Below are positions 10,973 through 18,918 of a DNA stretch of 37,035 nucleotides, piece by piece. Below the pieces are notes generated by a model. The model made no database searches. It was not told the origin of the DNA and worked only from the letters and a program-made list of their open reading frames with translations. The stretch comes from a virus. Lineage: Duplodnaviria > Caudoviricetes. How positions within the stretch are numbered: the first letter of the stretch is position 1; every line of letters starts with the position of its first letter. Position numbers and translations under genes: made by a program. The DNA is taken from positions 1-37,035 of the IMG/VR virus record IMGVR_UViG_3300008255_000254. The stretch is one strand, 5' to 3'.

Positions 10973-11456
10973 GGATAGACCTCGCGAATGTGTAGAAGGC
11001 ACGGCGTTCTCGGCCGTGGAAGGGGTGGAGGGAAACAAGCCGGAAGCCGGTCCATTTGAGCCAGCGCATCGAGACCTCGTTTCTCGCGTCGATGTAATTC
11101 CAGAGGAGGTCGTAATCGGCCTGCATCTCATCCATGTAGCGGCGAGAGTGGCGAGCGATTGACAGGGCCTCGTCTTCGATGCCGTCGGTGCCAAGCATCC
11201 ACGCTGCACCCATGCGGGGTAGGGCGAGCGGGGCGGCTCCGAATACGGCGATGGGTTCCCCGGTCTTGTCCGAGGTGATGACCCAACCGTGAGACGAGAT
11301 GCTCACAGATCGGGGGAGAATGTCGTGGATAGGGATTGCCGAGGAGGCGCGAACCTCCTCGACATCCTGTTTCCGCATATTGGCTGCGATGCGGTCAAGC
11401 CACGGCCCCACGGTCTCCCAAGGGGTCTCACGCAGGTCGTGGACTGTTATCGTCAT
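10965..11456 (-). CDS. Internal virion protein A (gp13-like, GNAT-like fold)
   Basis: ATGA coupling; MRKQDVEEV, AWMLGT, LWNYIDARNEVSMRWLKWTGF motifs. Confidence 0.8.
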   Translation of the reverse strand: MTITVHDLRETPWETVGPWLDRIAANMRKQDVEEVRASSAIPIHDILPRSVSISSHGWVITSDKTGEPIAVFGAAPLALPRMGAAWMLGTDGIEDEALSIARHSRRYMDEMQADYDLLWNYIDARNEVSMRWLKWTGFRLVSLHPFHGRERRAFYTFARSIHV

Positions 11457-13618
11457 CGCAATGCTCTGTGCTGGAAGAAGCCCTCCCATTCCGCCGACAC
11501 GAAGGTCGAGGCGACGTGTGTGTCGTTCGTCAGGGCCACGGTGCATTGCGCCGCGTCCCCGAAGACTTGGAAGGAGAACTTGCCGGTGTGATAGGCGGGC
11601 CGTCCAAGCTCCAGCTCCGCAGAGCCAACGACCATGCCGTCGAACGCTGCGAGTTTGGAAGGAACGACCTCGGTGATGGAGGGATCGGTCAGAGCCCCGT
11701 AAGGCGAGACCTCGGCTCGGAAGAAGCCGGTGCCCACATAGTTGACCGTGAAGGTCCGAAGGGTCAGTCGGCCCGTCGAGAGCGGTCGGTTCTGATAGTC
11801 CAGCGGGAATTGCCGCGAGAACTGGAACCGCATCTCATAAGCCTCGCCCGCCGTGATGGTCTCGGCAATCTGACCGGGGACCCGAACGGTCGTGGGGTTC
11901 AGCCACTCGTATCCTGCGGTGTTCACCAGAGCGCCTCCGACAGATGACGCCTTGCCTCGAAGGAGACGGGCGGAGCTCTGTTGGGGAGCGTAGGGGAACG
12001 TGAAGGTCGTCTTGTCCGCCGAGGAGTCGTAGGTCCCGGTGAGGGCGACACGTCGGTCCAGATAGGTCTGCTCGTCCTGCTCTGCTGGCTTGGCTTCCTC
12101 TGCGAGGTTCATGCGTTCAAGCCGGAGGTTTCCACCGTAACGCACGAGAAGGTAGAGATAACCGGCCAGATAGGTCCCAGAGACGACATCACCCGAGAAG
12201 CGCCAGCGGCGCCAAGCGGAGATGACCTTCTCGTTCCCGTTCCAGTAGAACTGATAACAGAAGACGTCCCGGCCGCCGGTCAAGGCAAACAGGGCTTTCA
12301 TGTTCGGAGCCGCGATGAGATGCTCGATGTCCTCGGGGATGAAGTCGGGGACGTGGGCGGTGATTTCAGCCGCCGACAGGCCCTCGCTTCCCGCGAGACG
12401 GGTGTATTCCCAGATGACCGAATAGCCGTTCTGGTTCCCCGCGTAATAGACCTCGGAACCGATGGAGACCGGGCGGACCTTGAGGTTCACCTCGTAGCGC
12501 GTGACGGGGTCGATTGCGACCGAGCTAGGCGTCAGGCCGTCCTCGCCGTTCGTGATGCTGAACTGGACTTGGTCCGCGAACGCCATGATCCCGTCGTTGA
12601 AGGGCAGGGCGTAGTTCAACAGGGCGACGTTGGAGGTGGTGACAGCTACGTCGACGACGTCAGATGCGACTGCGTCGAGGACGGTATTGCGCCAGAAGTT
12701 GCCGAAGTCGCCCGCGCACGAGAACACGACGTTCTCATCGACCAGCAGGCCGAGGCGGTTCTGGTAGAAGAACACGTCCCGGATGGATCGGCCAATGAAG
12801 GTCGGCTCCGGGTTGGTATCAAGACTACCGACACGGCGCGGTGCCCACGAGAAGGGAGCGAACGTGAATGTCCCGTCCCCCTCGCGCACCAGCGCAAACG
12901 GCATGGTGTTCTGGTCGAGGTGGTTACGAAGGCCGTTCGGGACGGTCTCCTCCCACACTGCTCCCACGCGCCGCACGTAGAACGTGGTGAAGCCCGTATC
13001 GACTGATCCAGTGACCTTGTAGATCGAACCATTTGGGGCGTCTGCGGGGAGCTTCTCAACGCTCGTGACTTCGCCGGAGAACGTGCCGGGGCCTTTGTTC
13101 GCGAGATACGTTGCGACCGAACCGGCGAGGACGTCGAACGCGAAGCCGCTGCCAGTGAGGCCGCCAGAGCTCCGTGGGAGCCAGCGGGAGGCTTCGCTGT
13201 CGACCTGTGTTGCGTCCACGGTTGGGGACATCAGACAGGTCTTCTCGGTGTTCACAATGAAGGTGTAATCGGCGACCGTCACTGCCCGGAACTTTCCGCC
13301 AGCCAGATAGGCGAACCCGCCGGGACCATTAACGGTCTTTGCGGAACCGTCGGAGCTGTCGAAGACACGTAGGACGCCGCCGTCGATGACGACGATGTAA
13401 CGCTCGGTCACGTCCCGGTTGATGTGGTGGATAAAGGCGTTCTCGGAGAAGGCTCCGAGGTCTGCCAAGTCCTCCGTCGGGGGCCGCTTGCCGACACCCT
13501 TTGAAAGGATGCCGTGGGTGTTCAGCTCGTCCTCGTTCTGATCCGAGGATCGGAGGATGGCCGGCTGGCGGCTCACGCCGTTGTGGATGGCGGATAGGAC
13601 CCGCTGCCGTAGGCTCAT
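11453..13618 (-). CDS. Tail tubular protein B (nozzle, gp12-like)
   Basis: 721 aa; GVSRQP, GVGKRPPT, WEETV, TMPFALVR, RRVGSLDTNPEPTFIG, FFYQNRLG motifs. Confidence 0.93.
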   Translation of the reverse strand: MSLRQRVLSAIHNGVSRQPAILRSSDQNEDELNTHGILSKGVGKRPPTEDLADLGAFSENAFIHHINRDVTERYIVVIDGGVLRVFDSSDGSAKTVNGPGGFAYLAGGKFRAVTVADYTFIVNTEKTCLMSPTVDATQVDSEASRWLPRSSGGLTGSGFAFDVLAGSVATYLANKGPGTFSGEVTSVEKLPADAPNGSIYKVTGSVDTGFTTFYVRRVGAVWEETVPNGLRNHLDQNTMPFALVREGDGTFTFAPFSWAPRRVGSLDTNPEPTFIGRSIRDVFFYQNRLGLLVDENVVFSCAGDFGNFWRNTVLDAVASDVVDVAVTTSNVALLNYALPFNDGIMAFADQVQFSITNGEDGLTPSSVAIDPVTRYEVNLKVRPVSIGSEVYYAGNQNGYSVIWEYTRLAGSEGLSAAEITAHVPDFIPEDIEHLIAAPNMKALFALTGGRDVFCYQFYWNGNEKVISAWRRWRFSGDVVSGTYLAGYLYLLVRYGGNLRLERMNLAEEAKPAEQDEQTYLDRRVALTGTYDSSADKTTFTFPYAPQQSSARLLRGKASSVGGALVNTAGYEWLNPTTVRVPGQIAETITAGEAYEMRFQFSRQFPLDYQNRPLSTGRLTLRTFTVNYVGTGFFRAEVSPYGALTDPSITEVVPSKLAAFDGMVVGSAELELGRPAYHTGKFSFQVFGDAAQCTVALTNDTHVASTFVSAEWEGFFQHRALR

Positions 13619-14217
13619 CAGTAACTCCGGTTGTTGATGCGGGATGCCATTGAGGCGTTGCCCAGGAACAAGTTGGTCTTGCGGGTCCGACGCTCCTCAC
13701 GCTGCAGGAGAACCCACGCGCGGATTTCGTCGTCCTCCTCGAAGCGGTCGATGATTTGCGAGCCGATGAACTTGCTCTGGAACCGGCGGCCTGCCGAGAT
13801 AGCGATGTAGCTCCGAGCGGCCTCTGGGAGGTCCTCGAAGGTGAAGCCCCACACAACCTCCACCTCGACCGGCGTGGTGAACTCAAAGGCTCCGGCGGTG
13901 CGGTTGTAGAGACGCATGACGCCGCCGGGGTGGCGGCGCTGAACCAGCTCGATTGTCGGGTTCGTGCTTTCAATCCCAAGGGCGTTCGAGGGGATCGCAA
14001 TGAGCCCGTCGATGTCTGGGTTGAGCGTGTATTTGTCGTCCGTGTTGAACGCGAAGCCATGCAGGAGAACCTTGCGGGTCTGGGAGGCTAGGCGCTGCTT
14101 GGCGATGTTGACGTCGGAGATGCCGGTGACGGCAAGGGTGTTGACCGGGGCTTGCCCGATGCTCGCCAACATCTCGTTGACTGCTTCGAGCTCCGTCGTC
14201 GGGGTGATGTCGGGCAT
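13618..14217 (-). CDS. Tail tubular protein A (gp11-like)
   Basis: TELEAVNEMLASIGQAPVNTL, GFAFNT, FEDLPEAARSYI; GGAG RBS before ATG 14217. Confidence 0.93.
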   Translation of the reverse strand: MPDITPTTELEAVNEMLASIGQAPVNTLAVTGISDVNIAKQRLASQTRKVLLHGFAFNTDDKYTLNPDIDGLIAIPSNALGIESTNPTIELVQRRHPGGVMRLYNRTAGAFEFTTPVEVEVVWGFTFEDLPEAARSYIAISAGRRFQSKFIGSQIIDRFEEDDEIRAWVLLQREERRTRKTNLFLGNASMASRINNRSY

Positions 14218-14237
14218 TGGGGAAACTCCGGGAGATG

Positions 14238-14275
14238 AAAAAATGGGCCCCACCTCCCAGAGGAGATGAGGCCCA
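14238..14275 (-). terminator. Intrinsic terminator after capsid gene (T-phi position)
   Basis: UGGGCCUCAUCUCC-loop-GGAGGUGGGGCCCA stem followed by UUUUUU. Confidence 0.85.
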
Positions 14276-14282
14276 AAGCCTA

Positions 14283-15251
14283 TTAGGCCGGGATGGCGCC
14301 AGTGCGGAGCTCGACCGCGCACTTGGTGCGCAGCGGGTCCGTGCCGACCATCATCCGCGAGAGAAGCAGGGTGCCCTGCTTCTCGGGCTGGTCGACGATC
14401 TGGAACGACGGGCGCTGCACGAGAGCCGAGCAGGCCGCCATCGGGGTCCAGACAACGCCACGGGTCGTGCCGAACTTGGCGCGATACTTCGCCGGGATGT
14501 TGGCGTTCGCGCTGTCGTCAGCACCGAACACGCCAGCGGCAATGTTCGACTTGTGGACGTTGATGTCGTCGATGGTGGTGAGCGTCATCGACTTGACGCT
14601 GGCGGTGCCGCCGTTGGTGTCCCGGTTCAGGTTCTTATCGCTGCGAGCGATACGATACCACTGTGCGGGAGCCAGCAAGGCGTGGACCGGCTGCGAGTGG
14701 ATGGGAACGTCCTTGACGTCCATCACTTCCTTCGCCTGCGAGATACCGTCGATCAGGATGTTTGCATCCGCATCGAAGCCGGCGTTCTGCAGCGCACCGC
14801 CGCCTTGGTCGCCAGCGAACAGCGCGGGGCCGCGAGCCGACAACAGCAGGGTGCGAAGGATGTTCGAGTCGTAGTGCTCCGCGAGGAAGCGACCAAGCTC
14901 GGTCGTGTAGGGCTGGCGAACGTCAAAGTGGTTCAGCAGCTCGTCGATGTCCGCGATGAACACGCTCGACACCAGCTTATCGTCAGGGCTGACGATGATT
15001 TCGGTGTGCGGGATCGTGTCTCCGGTGATTTCGGTGCCGGGGGTGTGGTAGCCGCCGGTCGCCTTCCAGATCGCCGGGAAGCGGAACTCTTTGCCCTTCG
15101 ACAGGGTCTTCGACTGATGCTTGTCCATCAGCATCGTGTTCTTCTGGAAGGCCGTGATGACCTCGCCGCCGAACAGGGCCAGCATCAGAGCGTTTACGTC
15201 TGCGCCGCCATTTGCGTCCAAACCGGGGCGGTTCGGAGTGCTATCTGCCAT
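14283..15251 (-). CDS. Major capsid protein (gp10-like)
   Basis: LALFGGEVITAF, GKEFRFP, YHTPG, IADIDELLNHFDVRQPYTTELG; AAGGA RBS. Confidence 0.96.
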   Translation of the reverse strand: MADSTPNRPGLDANGGADVNALMLALFGGEVITAFQKNTMLMDKHQSKTLSKGKEFRFPAIWKATGGYHTPGTEITGDTIPHTEIIVSPDDKLVSSVFIADIDELLNHFDVRQPYTTELGRFLAEHYDSNILRTLLLSARGPALFAGDQGGGALQNAGFDADANILIDGISQAKEVMDVKDVPIHSQPVHALLAPAQWYRIARSDKNLNRDTNGGTASVKSMTLTTIDDINVHKSNIAAGVFGADDSANANIPAKYRAKFGTTRGVVWTPMAACSALVQRPSFQIVDQPEKQGTLLLSRMMVGTDPLRTKCAVELRTGAIPA

Positions 15252-15489
15252 GATATTCCTTAGATACAGTGGGTTGAAGGATGTTGTTGAGCTTCAACCT
15301 TAGACAGCCGGGGCCAGCCTTGGTTATCCCCGAAGGGGCCGAGGGGGCGAGCACGGGAGCTTCGGTGGTAAGCGGATACAGGGTGAGAGCCGCCCCCTGC
15401 GGTGCGCGCGTTGACGAGCCCCCGTCAGGGCTCAAACGCACCTCTCGTAGCTCCCCCGTCAGGGAGCCAGAGGAGAGGGCCATATTCGA
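15252..15489 (-). promoter_or_regulatory. Structured capsid mRNA leader
   Basis: 238-nt intergenic with two hairpins sharing CCCUGACGGGGG, a CCC-UUCG-GGG hairpin and a GGUUGAAG/CUUCAACC hairpin. Confidence 0.55.
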
Positions 15490-16431
15490 TTACTCGAAGG
15501 TGTGTATCGCCCGCGCGAAACGCTGTCCCGGAGCCAGCTCAATGCCGGACGAGAGGCTGCGCTGAACCTTCTCCTGCACCGCTTGGGTATAGGCAGTGTC
15601 GGTTCCGTAGCGACCATCCATCTGTGCCGTGACGAGCTCGTCCATGCTGCGATAGACGTCGCCCGTGGCGCCGGCTTGTCCGCCCTTCGGAGCAACGAGA
15701 CTGCCTTCCGAAGGGTTCGCCTTGGAGAACTTGGAGTAGAGGTCGCGGACAGCGAACTCGCGGAGGCTCGGATTGTCGAGCGCCGTGTTGAAGGCGTCGA
15801 TCCCGGCGTCGTCGAGATTGCGAGAGGCCCACGTAATCATGGCCTCGTAGTTGTCCTTGCCTTCCACGAAGCTGTGGAGCTGCGTGAGCTGCTGCTCCGT
15901 CTGGGCGCGAAGACCCGCGACGTAGAGGTCGGTCATTTCCCGAGGGATGCCGGCCTTCTCCAGAGCTTCGTAGGCTTCTGGGCCGAGCTCTTGGCCGGTC
16001 GCGAACTGTTCACGAGCGAGCTCGATGGCCGACTGCAGGGCGGGGTTCGAGGCGTCGTTCGCCGCGTCTTCGACCTGCTCTGCAACGGTCTTCTCGACCT
16101 TGCCGTCGTTCCGAGCCGGAGGCGTCTCGCCGTCCTGCACGGGCTCCTTCGGTGCCTCACCGCGGCTCTTTTCGAGTTCGGTGTAGCTCTTGAGGAGCGC
16201 CTCGGTGTTCACCTGACCCTTTTCAGCGTCCCAGAACTTCTCGGGGACACCTTCGGGGCGCTGTGGAGCTGCCGGGGTTCCGGCGGGAGGTGCCGGGTTG
16301 TTCGGGTCCGTCTGCTGGATGCCGGTTTCGGCAACAGCAATGGCCGCGCGTTCAGCTTCGTTGAACTGCGGGGTGCCGCTCGGGGCGGCCGGGGTCTCCG
16401 GGCCGCCCTGTGGGATAGTTCCGTCGCTCAT
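15490..16431 (-). CDS. Capsid scaffolding protein (gp9-like)
   Basis: RPEGVPEKFW, LLKSYTELEK, GKDNYEAMITWASRNL, MDGRYGTDTAY; acidic; between portal and capsid. Confidence 0.92.
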   Translation of the reverse strand: MSDGTIPQGGPETPAAPSGTPQFNEAERAAIAVAETGIQQTDPNNPAPPAGTPAAPQRPEGVPEKFWDAEKGQVNTEALLKSYTELEKSRGEAPKEPVQDGETPPARNDGKVEKTVAEQVEDAANDASNPALQSAIELAREQFATGQELGPEAYEALEKAGIPREMTDLYVAGLRAQTEQQLTQLHSFVEGKDNYEAMITWASRNLDDAGIDAFNTALDNPSLREFAVRDLYSKFSKANPSEGSLVAPKGGQAGATGDVYRSMDELVTAQMDGRYGTDTAYTQAVQEKVQRSLSSGIELAPGQRFARAIHTFE

Positions 16432-16655
16432 TAGGTGTAGCTGACGATGACGGTGCCGTTCGCGCTTTCTTCGGCCGTTTCCGAAGCCTTCTTCGGCTCC
16501 GGGCGTTCAGCTTCGGTGTTGTCGATCACGAACGTCTGGTTGATCGTTTCGGTCTCACCGGCCACTTGCGGCGCGGCGGTCGGGACGGCTTCAACCTTGG
16601 CGGGTGCCGAGGTTTCGACCTTCGGCTCTGCGGCCGTCTTCTTTGGGGTGCTCAT
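16431..16655 (-). CDS. Hypothetical protein, 74 aa
   Basis: Fills the portal-scaffold gap, TAATG coupling to scaffold. Confidence 0.7.
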   Translation of the reverse strand: MSTPKKTAAEPKVETSAPAKVEAVPTAAPQVAGETETINQTFVIDNTEAERPEPKKASETAEESANGTVIVSYT

Positions 16656-16658
16656 GGG

Positions 16659-18218
16659 TTATGCTCCGGTTGGGATGGGAGGACCGCCTTCTGCGACCAT
16701 GCCGTCCATCACGCCCTTCGCCACTTGGGGCACTGCGCTCATGGCGGCCTGTTGCGAGGCGGCTGCTTGCTGTTCTTCTTGCTGAACCTCGGGCGACTTG
16801 ATGAGGTCGTCGACCGCGTCGATGCCGTAGCTGTCTGCAAGGCGACGGCCGACCTCTGTGGGGTCGGTGATCTGGGCGAGGATTTGCTCGCCGTAACGAG
16901 CCTTCATATCGTCGAGCCAGCGGTTCAGACGGGTCGCAGCGTGGTTACGTCCAAGGGCCTCGAAGCCAGTCACAATGGTCGGCTTGATGGTCTCTGGCAG
17001 GTTCGGCGCTTGGCCGCTTCGCTGCAGGATGTAGAGGTAACGCTTGATGAGCGGGAGCTGGAGTTCTGCCGAGAGGACCGTGTAGGTCCCGCCGAGCACG
17101 TTTTCGAGCTCCTGCGCCATTGCGCGGATTTCCTCTGCCGTGACCCGCTCCGCGTTACGGACGGTGCCACTCTGGAGCAGGAAGGAGTGCGAGAGGCGAA
17201 GTTCGAGACGTTCGGCGACCGAGGAGGCCACCTGAAAGTCTGCATACTTCTCCATCTGGAGAGCCTTGACCTTGTCCGCGTAGCCGTGGACGTAGTCACC
17301 ATTCTCGGCCTCGTTCAGCTCCTCAATGTCCGTCATCGAATTGGGTTCGACGAGATAGACCACACGGGAAGCCAGAGAGGCGAACTGGATGATCGACTTG
17401 GAGAGGTCCTCCAGCGACATCAAGTCACCAACGTATTCGCTGACGTGAGCGCGGCCATAGTCGCTGCCCGGAACTGCCTGCCACCGCAAAGCGATGAAGG
17501 CCGGGGCGTCCATTGGTGAAGCTCCTTCGGAGTTCGGGACGATGTGGTCGTTGATCTGCTGGTAGTGCCGATACTGGTCGCCCTCACGGAAGACGTGAGT
17601 GTAAAGGTCCACGAGCTGCGTGTTTTCTTCACCCGGCTTCACTTCGACTTTACAGGCCGTCAGGGTCTCCTCATCCAGAGCGGAGGGATAGACCCGCTCG
17701 TGGATCACGGCTTCCAACATCCTCCCACGTTCGTCCCGCAGGACGACATACTGGTCGAGGCGGAAGATGCGCGGGGTTCCTTCGAGAGGCACATTAAGGA
17801 GCGCGTTGCCGGCAACGATGAGGTGCCGAAGCGCCTCCATCATCACGGGGCGAGCCGCGGTGGTTTCGAGCAAGAGGTGGGCCTTGGCGCTGATGCGCGA
17901 CAGGGCCGTCTTCACCTCGGTCAGCTTCTCGCCGAGCTCCTCCGCTGCATCCTCGTGAACCGAGAGACGAGCGAAGTGTTGGTCGGGCGGGAACTGCGTG
18001 ACGAGGAGGTATGAGGCGAGGTTGTTGACGCCACGGGCGCCTAGGCTCTGGTAGGGCTGCGAGAAGCTGGAGTTGCTGTCCTGTCCGTCCTGCGGCACGA
18101 GGCCGGGGATTGTCAGGTCAGAGTTCTCGCGGGCCCGCCGGAGCGCCGTTTGGCGCCCGGTGGATAGCGTATCGAACCGGCTCTTGGCCTTCGGCTCGAT
18201 AGCCTTTTTTTCGGCCAT
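16659..18218 (-). CDS. Portal / head-tail connector (gp8-like)
   Basis: PYQSLGARGVNNLAS, HLIVAGNAL, DYGRAHV, RNAERVTAEEIR, LGGTYTVLSAELQLP. Confidence 0.96.
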   Translation of the reverse strand: MAEKKAIEPKAKSRFDTLSTGRQTALRRARENSDLTIPGLVPQDGQDSNSSFSQPYQSLGARGVNNLASYLLVTQFPPDQHFARLSVHEDAAEELGEKLTEVKTALSRISAKAHLLLETTAARPVMMEALRHLIVAGNALLNVPLEGTPRIFRLDQYVVLRDERGRMLEAVIHERVYPSALDEETLTACKVEVKPGEENTQLVDLYTHVFREGDQYRHYQQINDHIVPNSEGASPMDAPAFIALRWQAVPGSDYGRAHVSEYVGDLMSLEDLSKSIIQFASLASRVVYLVEPNSMTDIEELNEAENGDYVHGYADKVKALQMEKYADFQVASSVAERLELRLSHSFLLQSGTVRNAERVTAEEIRAMAQELENVLGGTYTVLSAELQLPLIKRYLYILQRSGQAPNLPETIKPTIVTGFEALGRNHAATRLNRWLDDMKARYGEQILAQITDPTEVGRRLADSYGIDAVDDLIKSPEVQQEEQQAAASQQAAMSAVPQVAKGVMDGMVAEGGPPIPTGA

Positions 18219-18227
18219 GCTGGTCCT

Positions 18228-18527
18228 TTAATAGCGGTGGATGTTGCGGGGACTGATCCCCCGTCCACCACCTCCGCCACCGGCAACTGGCGGCGGGCGC
18301 GGGATGCCTCCCGGCGGGGTGGAAGCCACCGGGCTCACAGGAACATAGCCCGCCGCAGGTGCGGCAGGAGTTCGACCGGAGCCTTTGGGGATGCGGAGGG
18401 AGGAGCGGCCCGTCCGCATCGAGCGGGTCTTGGGATCAACTCCGTCGAGATAGGAGTTGCGAATGATGGCCGGGTCCTTGGGCTGCGTCTCTGACGGCTT
18501 CGGGATTTTCGGCTTGGGTGGACACAT
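18228..18527 (-). CDS. Small virion-associated protein (gp6.7/7.3 position)
   Basis: MCPPKPKIP start, RTGRSSLRI motif, TGATG coupling, directly before portal. Confidence 0.7.
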   Translation of the reverse strand: MCPPKPKIPKPSETQPKDPAIIRNSYLDGVDPKTRSMRTGRSSLRIPKGSGRTPAAPAAGYVPVSPVASTPPGGIPRPPPVAGGGGGGRGISPRNIHRY

Positions 18528-18718
18528 CAGCTTTTCGCCTTTCGTTCTGCGCTGCGGGCCTTCTGGCCCTTCCAGTGCTTGAGGAAGACCACGAGCTCGC
18601 GCTTGGCGGCTCGGCGCTGGATGGAAATGATTTCGTCGCCCGCTTCGGGGATGACTTCGGGGAACATCTTGTCCAGCTCGTCCACGAGGTCGGCGGACAG
18701 GTAAGGGAACTGGACCAT
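18527..18718 (-). CDS. Hypothetical protein (gp6.5 position), 63 aa
   Basis: GGAG RBS; LSADLVDELDKMFPE...RELVVFLK; synteny. Confidence 0.7.
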   Translation of the reverse strand: MVQFPYLSADLVDELDKMFPEVIPEAGDEIISIQRRAAKRELVVFLKHWKGQKARSAERKAKS

Positions 18719-18733
18719 GAGAGGCTCCGGTGT

Positions 18734-18805
18734 TGGCGAGGGTGGTGGGTAACGCTCCCACGGGGCGAGGTTTTGGAGACCTGCCCGCCACTTAGGCTCA
18801 CCGAC
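18734..18805 (-). tRNA. Degenerate tRNA-Trp(CCA)-like element
   Basis: 72 nt ending in CCA; anticodon arm AGGU-CUCCAAA-ACCU; T-arm GUGGG-AGCGUUA-CCCAC; D-arm GCC-UAAGU-GGC; acceptor 5 of 7 pairs; non-canonical T-loop. Confidence 0.55.
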
Positions 18806-18811
18806 AAAGAT

Positions 18812-18897
18812 GAAAAAATGGGGGCCGCTCAAGCCGACACATGGTCAGCGAGCGGCCCCCTAGGAGACACAATGACAGCAGGAATGTTCTTCCTACC
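18812..18897 (-). ncRNA. Putative antisense small RNA (~86 nt)
   Basis: Starts at predicted promoter +1; 5' hairpin, 16-nt unpaired seed GUCAUUGUGUCUCCUA, terminator hairpin and U6; seed complementary to early-gene translation starts. Confidence 0.55.
18813..18860 (-). terminator. Intrinsic terminator
   Basis: 11-bp perfect stem GGGGGCCGCUC/GAGCGGCCCCC with inner GCUGAC/GUCGGC helix, then AUUUUUU. Confidence 0.8.
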
Positions 18898-18914
18898 AAA
18901 GGGTGGCAGTAATT
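18883..18914 (-). promoter_or_regulatory. Phage RNAP promoter (late), predicted +1 at 18897
   Basis: AATTACTGCCACCCTTT-GGTAGGAAGAACATT; one of six intergenic co-oriented copies. Confidence 0.85.
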
Positions 18915-18918
18915 GGCC

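Noticed and set aside
14218-14322. gp10B-style capsid frameshift into the open gp11 frame
   Set aside because: No slippery sequence; capsid ends TAA TAG before a terminator; gp11 has its own RBS
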